From Botryllus schlosseri (Eukaryota), in contig CM119371.1 in the NCBI GenBank assembly GCA_051294905.1, positions 38,070,001-38,134,000 of the forward strand: a DNA stretch of 64,000 nucleotides, read 5' to 3'. Below, in pieces: positions 12,813 through 23,828 of the stretch. Position numbers and translations under genes: made by a program. Under the pieces are notes generated by a model. The model ran no database searches. It was given only the letters and a program-made list of their open reading frames with translations, and was not told the DNA's origin. Position 1 is the stretch's first letter. Each line of letters begins with the position of its first letter.

Positions 12813-13999
12813 AGGGTTGGTTCGATTATGTTCACAATAAGAGCAATTCTGTTCACAATAAGAGCAGTCTCATGTTCACAATAAGAGCAGTCATGTTCAC
12901 AATAAGAGCAGTCTCATGTTCACAATAAGAGCAGTCGTAGTATTCACAATAACATCAGCCGCAGCACCACCATATCCCCCGGACACGATGTCCGAGTGGC
13001 AACATAGTCCGAACACAACCCAGACATGATGTCCGAACACCCCCAGACACGATGTCCGAACGCCCCCCCCCCCAGACACACCCCAGACATAATGTCCGAA
13101 CACCCCCCAGACATCCTCCATACACGATGTCCGAACTCACCACGCCCCAGACATGATGTCCGAGTTTCAACGCAGTCCGAACACAACCCAGACATGATGT
13201 CCGAACACCCCAGACACGATGTCCGAGTGTCAACGCAGTTCGAACACACTCCTGACATGATGCCCGAACACCCCCAGACACGATGTCCGAGTGTCAACGC
13301 AGTCCGAACACACTCCAGACACGATGTCCGAACGCACCCCCCCCCCAGACACGACGTCCGAGTGTCAACGCAGTCCGAACACACTCCTGACATGATGTCC
13401 GAACGACCCCAGACACGATGTCCGAGTGTCAACGCAGTCCGAACACACTCCTGACATGATGTCCGAACACCCCCAGACACGATGTCCGAGTGTCAGTGCA
13501 GTCCGAACACACCCCAGACACGATGTCCGAACGCCCCCCCCCCCCAGACACGATGTCCGAGTGTCAACGCAGTCCGAACACAACCCAGACATGATGTCCG
13601 AACACCCCAGACACGATGTCCGAGTGTCAACGCAGTTCGAACAAACTCCTGACATGATGCCCGAATACCCCCAGACACGATGTCCGAGTGTCAACGCAGT
13701 CCGAACACACCCCAGACACGATGTCCGAGTGTCAACGCAGTCCGAACACACTCCTGACATGATGTCCGAACGACCCCAGACATCATGTCTGGGTTGTGTT
13801 CGGACTATGTTGCCACTCGGACATCGTGTCCGGGGGATATGGTGGTGCTGCGGCTGATGTTATTGTGAATACAACGACTGCTCTTATTGTGAACATGAGA
13901 CTGCTCTTATTGTGAACATGACTGCTCTTATTGTGAACATGAGACTGCTCTTATTGTGAACAGAATTGCTCTTATTGTGAACATAATCGAACCAACCCT
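12813..13999. mobile_element. Foldback-like element: ~220-bp TIRs around a GC-rich minisatellite
   Basis: Arms 12813-13033 and 13779-13999 are near-perfect inverted copies, each with 5x TGTTCACAATAAGAGCA. The core is tandem CAGACACGATGTCCGA(GTGTCAACGCAGTCCGAACAC) variants. Confidence 0.88.
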
Positions 14000-16399
14000 G
14001 TAGGGTTTTTCCGAAATATCCCAGTGGCATCTCTGGAATAATCTAAAAGTAGCATAATTGTCAGTGCTACATCTGGCGACCTGCATGAGTGCTGAAATTT
14101 AATATAATTGGCCATGATCGAAAGCTAGTGTCGCAGTGATTTCGAAGTTACAAAATAAAATCTCGTCAGGACAATGGAACCATGCACCCCGAAACAGCCT
14201 TCAAAGTCTGAAAATCGGCATTGCTTCATCAATGGCACCGCCGCAACACAATGAACATAACGATGACCAATTTCGTCAAGCGAGTGTTCTGATCAATGCC
14301 GATTTTCAGACTTTGGGGGCTGTTTTGAGGTCGTTCCACTGTCTTGACCAGAATATAATTCGTATTGTCGGTATCAGTGTGACACTAGCTTTCGCTTAAG
14401 ACCAGATTAATAAAATTTCATACCCCGGGTTGGTCCTCGGATTATTTTCTTAAGGTCTCTACTTATAGTGGCTGGCAAACCCGGTTCAAGTCGTGTTGTG
14501 TCGGGTCAAGTCGCATTTCGTACACGTGTGTCAAGTCGCATGTCGTGTTCAAGTACTCCACCACAGTTTAGAGAAGTCAAGCGCATTTCCACCGTACATC
14601 GCATAACGTATTCACGGACGCATCGAGCAAGGCACGCTTATATAGTGAGCGGTTATGCCTGCAAACCTGGTCGGTGGTCACGTATAGCGATCATTGCGCA
14701 AAGCGATCTGCTTTATCGAAATGCACTGCACGTTTCGTCTCGCTTGGAGATGAGTACTACGTATTATGAACTAGAAATATGATAAGTGACTTTGGCCCCA
14801 GACGAGTAAAATATAGCTGAGAAGAATGTATTGATATATTGGTTCAATTTAACACCTTTAGCAATTAATGCAGATTTAGCGCTATTTTTTAGCGCTTTTT
14901 TCTCAATATTTAGCGATTTTTGACACCAGTTTTAGCGATTTTCTTCCATCCGGAGATGGCAACACTGCTACAAACTACCAATGCTATGTCATTGAAATCT
15001 GAATGCTCTATCGAGTGCTGTTCAAATTATGTAGCGCCATAGTATTTATATGAAATAATTGTAGCTGTGTAATCGTATTACAAGGAGTAACAGTAGTTTG
15101 AATCCAGAGTGGAATTGGTGGCAACGTCACGCCACACGCTCAACCTTTTGCTTCATTGCTGAATTATTCTATGCACGAAACGGTCGAAACCCATCTGTCA
15201 CGCGCAACTTATTGGCGGAAACAACCATTGAAATGACTCACTATCGATGAGTTTGGACTGAATCCGAACAGTGTATATCAAAAAGTCGATCTGAAAAATG
15301 AGATGGTGGATCAGATTTATTCGGAAATATGATGATGGATGGTATTTATTTATAAATGGGGAGCCACAGAAGAAGGAAGTGTCCAAAGTAAGGTTGTTTC
15401 TTTCGGAAAAACGACTTCTTGAAGGTCCAAAATCACTACACTTGTAATCCTATTCTTATTCTAGAGTCCTTATCTTCAACCTTCTGATTTTTTATAGCTT
15501 CTGATGTTCTCCTCGTGTCATGAGATAAATAAATAGTTTTCCTGTCTAACAGTAAGCCATCGCCCATGATGATGTAAAATTTTAACCAAAAACGAAACAT
15601 TTAATATGGCAGGCTCGAACAGGACTGATCTATCAGATTTCAACTTGAACAAACTACTGTATTTTCAAAATGACAACGCAACGTTTCCGTTGGATAGTTA
15701 CAATGTAGTAAAATTAAAAGTCGTCTCTTAGATATGTTATAGATAATACAACCGTTTTTCATTTACTCGGAATCGCTTCGTACGTATGTTTGACACCCCT
15801 GGGGTAGAGGGTTTTTTGGTTCAACCCCCTGTCTACACGTAACACGGCCACTGCCTTTATGAGACCGAACTTGTCTAGCGTTCAATATGTGGTCATCCAT
15901 TGTATTATATGCATGAATTCTAACACACTACTGAGCGCTTGTGTTTTATTTATTTAATTAGTCAGTTTTTTCATGAACTACAGTTGTTGTAATTCGCCCT
16001 TATGAAATCTCGGTTAATTTTTTTGAATAAATCCTGCGTGATGAGAGCTTTTCTGCATAGAATAATTCAGTAATTGAACAGAAAGTTCTGCGTGACGTTG
16101 CCACTAATTCCACTCGGCGTAATTCGATTCAATGATATTTGTTCTGTTGGCAGCTGAAGCCACAAGTTTCCTGAACTGTGCGTCAACAACAGTGTTAAAA
16201 TAACAAATCCAGTCCAACATTATTTTCACCCAAAACAATGAATGCCTCGCCCTGGGGTTCGTGTAAACCCCAGTTAAAGAAACACTGCTCAAAGTAAAGC
16301 CAACTCACTAAACTCCTGAAAGGTTGACTGCTGTTTTGTCATTCATTGTGTATATTCATATTTCAGATTGATTCTTTTAGTTGAACGATTGATCGAAAC

Positions 16400-16516
16400 A
16401 TGAAAGTTTTGGTCTTTGTCGTTATGCTGGTCGGGGTAACAGCAGCCTCACACTTGATTGGAGGTTATGGCCGGGAGAAAGCACCAACCAAAGAAATCGA
16501 AACGCTTTTCCAATCT
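16400..16516 (+). CDS. Cystatin exon 1 (signal peptide + N-terminal GG trunk and helix)
   Basis: ATG at 16400, hydrophobic stretch VLVFVVMLVGV, donor TCT|gtgagt. Confidence 0.9.
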
Positions 16517-19500
16517 GTGAGTCTTTATTGATTATTAGTGCCCTGTCATCTGACTGGAAACCTTACAGTGGCACATTACGAGAATGGTATTGCAGTGTGT
16601 TAGTGTGATGTATCAATAGGACCAAGCACAGTGATTTGAGTAGGTGTAGGCTAACTTTAATTGTAACGATCAGAGTCTGGTAGTTCGAGATTATTATTCC
16701 AAACACTGAAATTGTGTGCCCTTTTCACTGGGAGTTATATTATAAACAAGAATATTATATGTTTCAACTTTCAATATCGTCAATACTTTTAAGACTTCAT
16801 AAGCAATGATACTCGGATACTCGACTTAACCTAAGCCTTGTACTTCATTCAAAATCTCATCACTAGGTAATTGATCATACCTAGCCTTATATATCAGTTC
16901 TTTGAAACGTGATTTATATTATTTTGTCTTCGATTATGGTGACACGTACAATTTTGCGATGCTAGTGCAAAATCGAGTACCAGACTTGCTTAAAGAATAA
17001 TTACCCCTCACTATGATACCATGTCTTTGTTGACTTGAATCACAATCTGCCAACCTGGCCATTGTGTAGGATACAATCAAGAAATAATAATCATGTTCAT
17101 TTAACCAACTGCTTGCCTTTTTATTTAATTTTCATGCTGGTGACGTCATAAAACGACTGTTAACACACAAAGGTATTATGACTAATTTTCTATTCTCTTC
17201 TAGTTGCTGAAGATTACCCCTGGCTAGTGTCAGCCGAAAATATTTGGGTTCATTTCAATATGAATAGGCCTATATAAGCGTAAGACCTTGGTAGCTTCAA
17301 CACCCTATTTAACGTGCACTTACAAATGAATATGACTTTATTAGTTAGTGTAACTATATACCGGTACCAAAGTCTTACGTTTATATATATCGTCTGCTAT
17401 CGGTGCAACAAAGTATTCAAATATGTATATAGCAATTGTACAGCCTAGCATTCGACTGCTATGCACAAATCGTTCTCCTTTTTATGCGATCTAAAATAAA
17501 ATAACACCAGTCACCGTAATTACGCTGAATATTTTCGAATAATTGTAAGCAGAGTTCCATTATTCTATGAAGTCATAACTAAGCAAGTTTTTGTTGCACT
17601 ACAATTGTGAGAAAGGTGCACTTAATTTTAACAAAATTTGCAGTAAAAAGTCGCATTTTTGCGCAATCCACTAAGAAAACAAGTGTCCTCACTGACAACT
17701 AGCACTCTAGCCTTATTCAATCAGTCACGGAACCATTATTTTGCGCAACAATCTCTTATCAGTCTTCACCAGCGCATGAGAAATAAAAAGGTGAACGCCG
17801 AGAGTAACAGCTGACAGCTCCTATACTATTGCAAGCCAGCTGCGTCATAGATAACATTGAGATGCAGCTAATATATCACATCTATAGGAGTACTAGCCTA
17901 TTGTTATGCAAATCAAAGAAAATCAAACCATACTAGATCTCGTTTTATAGCATGTTTTTTAAATCATTCCTTTACATTTTGTGCAATATTTGATAAAAGT
18001 TGCAATCAAAAGTTGCAGTGTAAAATTCCTACTAACAGCTTGAAACATCATACCACATAAATTCTGAGTAGACCTACTTGGAAATCTGCCGGAAGCTGTA
18101 AAAAAATTTGCAAAAACTTGCCCTAGTCATAACAATGCTTCTTTAAAATGCTGCGGTTTAATCACAATAATGACATATCTAAGCGCAGCCTCATGCGGTA
18201 TTTGGTTTTGTTGATACAACCAAAGCTTCCACGGTTGTAAAAAATGTTGAATCGATAATTTTTGTTGGTGAAATAGTTCTGACAGTAGGTGCTAAAAATC
18301 GACTCTCACTTGATCTTGCTTGCTTTCACACCTTATTCAACGTCCACTTGCAAAGTAATAATAAATTTTATTTTTTCACTTCACCTGATGAAGGAGCCGC
18401 ACTTCGAAAGCTCGTGTAATAAATATTATTATTACTTTGCAAGTGGACGTTACATAAGGTGTGAAAGCAAGCAAGATCTTATTATTATCTACATCATCTG
18501 CTGTCGGTTCAACAGTAACTCTTGTTCTAATTTAATTTGGAAAAGCTGAAACTTTTCCAGTTGTCCAAGTTTTCAAGGTGTGAACCTTACCGTGATTTGT
18601 TCAGGTGTTGGAGGAAGTCGCAGAAAGTTGGAACGGAGAGATTTGCGACCCCAAAGTGATCTCGTACAAGTCACAAGTCGTCGCAGGGACAAACTACAAA
18701 CTGGTGGTAAGTGTCTCTCTTGTGTGGAAGGCCTTTTAATTAAGCTACATTGTAGTCGAGTGCAGGTTGTAACCAAATCACGAGGTCCAACGTCACAAGT
18801 CGGTCTCACTTTTATAGTTTTGACTCGAGTCAAGTCGAGTCATTTTCAATTCACCACCAAGTCAAGTCCAAGTGTTTAATGCCGAGTCTGGGTCATAGTG
18901 TTTGGACTCGAGCACGAGTCCAAGTCATTGTGTTCAGTTTTGAGTTCAACCCGCTTCTTTCAACTTTGCTCGAGTGATATAGAATGGCTCGCATTCATAA
19001 TACGGTATCTTAATTTTCCTTAGTCCAAACAGTTTCCGGCCTTACTTTTCAAGTATCAGGACTGATTGACGAAATGTGTACCAATAATATGGTGACTTTA
19101 CTATTCTTCGAAGTAACAATGAAATGTCCGTCTTGGCCGTCCTAGTCTCGAGTCATATGACTTGAATCGAGTCGTGCACAATGACTCGAGTACAAGTCTA
19201 GTCTAGTCGAGTCACCAAACAATCGCGACTCGAGTCATTACCAAGGTTGTAACCGAGTCACGAGGCTCCGAATCACAAGTCAATCTAACTTTTATAGTTT
19301 TGACTCGAGTCAAGTCGAGCCATTTTCAATTCACCACAGAGTCAAGTCGAGTCCAAGTCCGAGTCATAGTGTTGTGACTCGAATCAGAGTCCAAATCATT
19401 GTGTTCACGGTTCAGTTTTGAGTTCAATCCGGTTCAACCCACTTTTTTCAACTCTACTCGGGTGATGTAGATGGCTCGTATTCATAATATCGTAATTTTC

Positions 19501-20060
19501 CTCAGCCTTAACAGTTTCTGGCCCTATTTTCCAAGTATCAGGACTGACAGACGAAATACCAAATGCGGTTGTTGACTTTTATTCTTCTAAATTACAGTGA
19601 AATGTCTGTCTTGGCCGTCCTAGTTTCGATGACTCGGTTCGAGTCATGCACAATGACTCGAGTACAAGTCTAGTCATTTTACGCATTTGAGAAATGAGTC
19701 AAGTCGAGTCGTCGAAAAATCACGACTCGAGTCATTACAACCTTGACGTGATGTAGAATTGGCAATGTATTCTTTGTGGTTTCATAAACGGTACATATTC
19801 TAACTTTCCACATCTTTCATACTATTTTACGTCAAAATTAGTGATACTCAATTGCCCCCGCTCTAATGACTCGGGTTACTATTTCGGCTGACTGCAGTCT
19901 CGATATGTATTAGTATTTTCCCCTACCATGTAGTCTCAAAGCTTATTCTGTGTTCCAGGTCGACATGTGTGAAGACAAATTTGCGACGGTAACCATATTC
20001 AAGCCCTTACCCTACACTAGGGAGCCTCCTACTCTTACTAGCGTGGTTCCTCTCAAATGA
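16400..20060 (+). CDS. Stefin-type (type 1-like) cystatin with N-terminal signal peptide; 3 coding exons 16400-16516, 18605-18706, 19959-20060; 106 aa
   Basis: Spliced product MKVLVFVVMLVGVTAASHLIGGYGREKAPTKEIETLFQS|VLEEVAESWNGEICDPKVISYKSQVVAGTNYKLV|VDMCEDKFATVTIFKPLPYTREPPTLTSVVPLK*. It has the N-terminal Gly, QVVAG and a second-loop LP. Both introns are GT-AG phase 0, as in vertebrate CSTA/CSTB. AATAAA lies at 20243. Confidence 0.93.
18605..18706 (+). CDS. Cystatin exon 2 (QVVAG loop)
   Basis: Acceptor tttgttcag|GTG; encodes SYKSQVVAGTNYKLV; donor GTG|gtaagt. Confidence 0.95.
18763..19745. mobile_element. Head-to-tail dimer of the CAGGGTTGTAA MITE family in cystatin intron 2
   Basis: Copy 1 starts caggttgtaacc at 18763; copy 2 starts caaggttgtaacc at 19242 and ends ttacaaccttg; GACTCGAGTC arrays throughout. 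Confidence 0.82.
19959..20060 (+). CDS. Cystatin exon 3 (second loop, stop)
   Basis: Acceptor tgttccag|GTC; encodes IFKPLPYTREPPTLTSV; TGA at 20058-20060. Confidence 0.92.
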   Translation, partial: VDMCEDKFATVTIFKPLPYTREPPTLTSVVPLK

Positions 20061-20242
20061 TGAATGTTCATGCTGCAAGCTTTGTCAGTGTTTATAAGTT
20101 CCATTACCGTCTGCAATGTGTACTGACTGGTGGTCTCTTCGAAAGTGTGATTTCATTGTTGCGTTTGAGTGAATGTTTCGTCAACAATGTCTCCTACAGT
20201 TTCTTCATTATTTGTTACCTGGATAATGACATGTAACCCTGC

Positions 20243-20248
20243 AATAAA
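20243..20248 (+). promoter_or_regulatory. Probable polyadenylation signal of the cystatin gene
   Basis: AATAAA ~180 nt after the stop, followed by a T/GT-rich tract. Confidence 0.6.
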
Positions 20249-20521
20249 ACCATATATCCTTTGTTTTTGTTGTAATGAGATGCTTTGATTGGGATCAAAG
20301 AGTCCCGGGTGTTAGAATGATGTCGTTCTGATCCTCTTTAAATCCGTCTACCAGTCGCGGTTATAATATGGCGTCATCTGCTGGGGGCCTGCCAGTGTTA
20401 GCACACTCAAGCCACTGTAAAAGCCGGAACATCAGAACATCAGCTCCGTCTTCGCCCAGAATATCAGAAATTTCATGCCGGTGACGTCATAACTTACGAA
20501 TCGATTGTTGATACACAACGT

Positions 20522-20896
20522 TAGGGTTACCATGCGTCCTCAATTAGGAGGATTTGTCCTCCTTTTTCAGGTTTTTGAAAATGTCCTCCTTTTTGAGATT
20601 TTGTCCTCTTTGAGAATTTTGGTGAAATATAGGGCAAAATTCGACTAAGATACAATAAATCAGCACTGAAGTAACGCTTCGGCGGCCATTTCGGGAGCTG
20701 AGCCGGAAAGTTGACCTTTTTTTTAGTCAACCAACTGATAATGTGAAAGAAAAACTGTATTTTGGGCGCTGAGCGAGAAAGTTGATCTTTTTAGTGAAAA
20801 ATGTACCATTTTTTCAAGATTTCCCTCCGGTATTCTAAGTTTTGAAGATTTGGAAAAAGTTTCCTCATTTCCCGATTCCAAAATATGGTAACCCTA
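20522..20896. mobile_element. hAT MITE, TAGGGTTACCAT family (Blackjack-like ends)
   Basis: TIRs TAGGGTTACCAT / ATGGTAACCCTA; perfect TSD CACAACGT. Confidence 0.9.
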
Positions 20897-21759
20897 CACA
20901 ACGTTCTTTCCAGTTCTCTACTACTGCTACGAACAACACATTAATATTCGCAATTTATTCACTCTAAGCTTTTCAACTTGGAGTGAATAAATTGCGAATA
21001 TGAATGCGTTGTTCGTTGCAATACTCAAATTCTGTACCACAAGGAACCTATTTAAATTCTCTACTCTGACTATTACCCCTGGTGTCAGCTGAAAATATTT
21101 GGGTTCATTTCAATATAAATACATTATTCAATTGTATATTGAAGGTCTGTACCTCCAAGAAGCTCTTCGAGGATGATCAGTAACGAAAAACTTCGACTTT
21201 TCCCGATCACTTTAGTAGGTTTTGCTTATACCTAGCACTAGTTTTACACACAATACAGAGTTCTTTACGAAAAACCCGGCGTTGAATACTTACCTGGAAA
21301 ACGCTTCGTACTTGAGTAACAACTTGCGGCATTACTCGAGTACGAACGATGACTACTATTTATCCACCTTTGTCCGAATATTAACAACCCCAATCAACCG
21401 GTGTTTTTGCGGCTGCGATTCTAATCTGCGATATTCTGATTTGAGGTCAAATCATGTCAATGATATTCGGACGAAGACAATTCTGCGTCAGCATTGATCG
21501 TGTAAATAGAGCTGAACAATCGGACTATTGTCAGCTTTTCCAAATTATATTATAATTGTAATTCTTGCTACACTGTTTTTTTCAAATTAGAACGAAAGTA
21601 CGAAAAAAAAAATATTACGAAAAATTGAAAATATAGGTAACGCAAGCTCAGTGACGTGCGGTGAGGTTCATGCAGTGGCGTAGCAGCCACTTGGCGGTTC
21701 TGGCTCTGCGCCAGGGGCGGCAAAATGAGGCTGTACACTATTAGAGAGAGAGAGAGATC

Positions 21760-22243
21760 GCATTCTTTTTCGCCGGCACCATCGGACTTTATAGTAAAGT
21801 CTGTTCACTCACACAATACCAGATTTTCTTCCCAAGGTAACATCTATTTTCATCGACCCGCAAGTAACCTCACAAAGAAATCGATCGACTATGCCGGTCC
21901 TGTCATATGGAATGCTATACCCTCATCAATACGGGACCTCCCATACCATTCCTTCAAAAAGGAATTATTCAGTCACCTCATCTCCCACACCAAATTTTTT
22001 TAGTTTCTTCAGTATTTTATTTTTATGCTGAGCTGAATTGATTGATCCCAACCAATGCATCCAAATTTATGACACGATATCTGTATTTGTTAATGCAGGG
22101 TGTGATCAGACTATAGTTGACCCTACCCAGAGTCATATCGGTCACACCCTGTCCTATACCGTTAAGTTCATTTATTGTTGTTTCATGTGCCAATGATGTT
22201 TCCTTTACGGTTGGACAAATCAATAAATATCTCTCTCTCTCTC
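21760..22243 (+). mobile_element. CR1/L2-type LINE 3' fragment (second family)
   Basis: HSHNTRFSSQGNIYFHRPASNLTKKSIDYAGPVIWNAIPSSIR-SFKKEL*, then AATAAA and (CT)n. Confidence 0.8.
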
Positions 22244-22246
22244 TAG

Positions 22247-22408
22247 ACTGTACCCCCGTTTTTTTTCTCCTACGTGATTGCTGAGCGCCTAGCGGGATAA
22301 CCGCGGATACCAGTTTTCGAGTCTTTGGTCTGACCCGGCCGGGGATCGAACCCACGACGTACCGATCAAGAAACGCGACGCATCACCATTACACTATTTC
22401 GCTCGGCA
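22247..22408 (-). mobile_element. tRNA-derived SINE
   Basis: On the - strand: A-box-like TAGTGTAATGG, B-box GGTTCGATCCC, then GGTCAGACCAAAGACT core; second degenerate copy at ~52640-52752. Confidence 0.78.
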
Positions 22409-23828
22409 CAGTGTGCACACTGCACAGCCAGCTAAAAGAAGCGTAATTGGTAGTCCTATAGCTGGCGTCCCGTGAGCTAAAGGTCTCAATTGGAAGCTAT
22501 AGTGTCGCGCTGATTCCAAAAACACGAATTAATATGTTAACATGGCGACGGAGACACTCCGAAATAGCCGTCAAGGCCGATTGTTCAGAAAGTTGCTACC
22601 TTTTCGTACAAACCAACATGACGCCTCTAGGGCGAACACAAATTAAGATATGATCATATGAGGTTGTTCAACTTGAGATTTTAAAAGGGTTAGGAGGTTG
22701 GTGCGGAGCAGTGAAACCACGTTTGATAGTGGTGCAACAGCGTTTGATGCTTTACAATGGTTAGTTAATGCAAAGCTACTTGATTCGACACCTTATTTAT
22801 GCTCGTGTCTGAAACTTTTTCTGACCATTGGTGAGGAGCTTCTCAAAGCTCAAACTGATTTAGTCTTATTTACGTTCTACCATGAATGATGATCGGCTAT
22901 CAGCTCTATCCATTCTGTCTATAGAAAGAGACTACGTTCAAAAACTTGAATTTGAGGATATTATTGCTGATTTTACTTTGAGGCGGCTGTTGATTTTCTA
23001 TTTGCACAATACATTCGTTCGCTATTTCTTGTCTTTATTATTTTTGGCCTTATTAACGTTGTGACGGTGAGGCTGAGACGCGGCATATTAGTGGTATTTA
23101 TTTTTATTAACAAGATTGCTTGAACGTGAATCTATGTCGAAATATGCTGCGGTCAACTTAGGGGGGCGGCATTTTAAGCGAGAGCCAGGGGCGGCAGCAC
23201 ATGCTGCTACGCCAGTGGGTTCATGGCTGGTGAGGCACGTCCCCCCTCCCCCTACATACACAAACACGCACGCACGTAACAATAGCAGCGGGTATAGAGA
23301 GCATTTTCTTTGCACACTGGTAGCCGTGGCAATTCCATATTCTACTATACATGTAGGACTGGTCGCTATTGTGCTAAATGGGCAGGTTTAGACTGATAAT
23401 AATTACCATTTCTTCAAGTACCGGTATAAATTAATCTAAGCACAGGAAAATAGCATCCTCAATTACAAATTTTTTTCAGTAAAAAAAACACTAGATTTGT
23501 CGAATTTCGAAAGGAAATGCACTAGGACACTAGGTCAAGTCAAAATACACTAGATCTAATGTAAAAGCACTAGGAGTGGCACCTCTGACCACAAACAACG
23601 ACAACGCAGCCTGTGTAAGTATAGCTATCACATACCACAATTAGGGGTTAGAGGTATTGCAGTCGAACACAGCCTAAAGGACACAAACGACGACAATGCG
23701 GCCTATGCAAGTAGATGTCACATACCACAATTTAACGTCGTTATATGGATGGAAAATACATAACAGCTAGAAAGGAATGTATTGGCTCCGCATTACGTAT
23801 TAACCGTTGTTACTATATCATTCCTACA

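Larger units (their letters stand above)
10777..14035. mobile_element. Non-autonomous hAT element hosting two nested insertions
   Basis: TIRs CAGAGATGCCACT / AGTGGCATCTCTG; perfect 8-bp TSD GAATAATC; CTGGGTTTTT subterminal repeats at both ends. Confidence 0.9.
21673..23217 (+). mobile_element. Defective hAT (Tip100-like) element with dimerization-domain remnant
   Basis: TIRs CAGTGGCGTAGCAGC / GCTGCTACGCCAGTG; perfect TSD GGTTCATG; remnant SFSKLKLI*SYLRSTMNDDRLSALSILSIERDYVQKLEFEDIIADF. Confidence 0.88.

Noticed and set aside
12828..13780. CRISPR-like appearance of short regular repeats
   Set aside because: No unique spacers, repeats lie in TIRs or tandem arrays, no cas genes, eukaryotic context
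12897..13857. Overlapping long ORFs (up to 178 aa) on both strands
   Set aside because: By-product of a stop-poor GC-rich minisatellite; repetitive peptides, no splice or domain evidence
22335..22408. tRNA gene
   Set aside because: A/B boxes present but no convincing cloverleaf; continues into a SINE core and has a second degenerate copy
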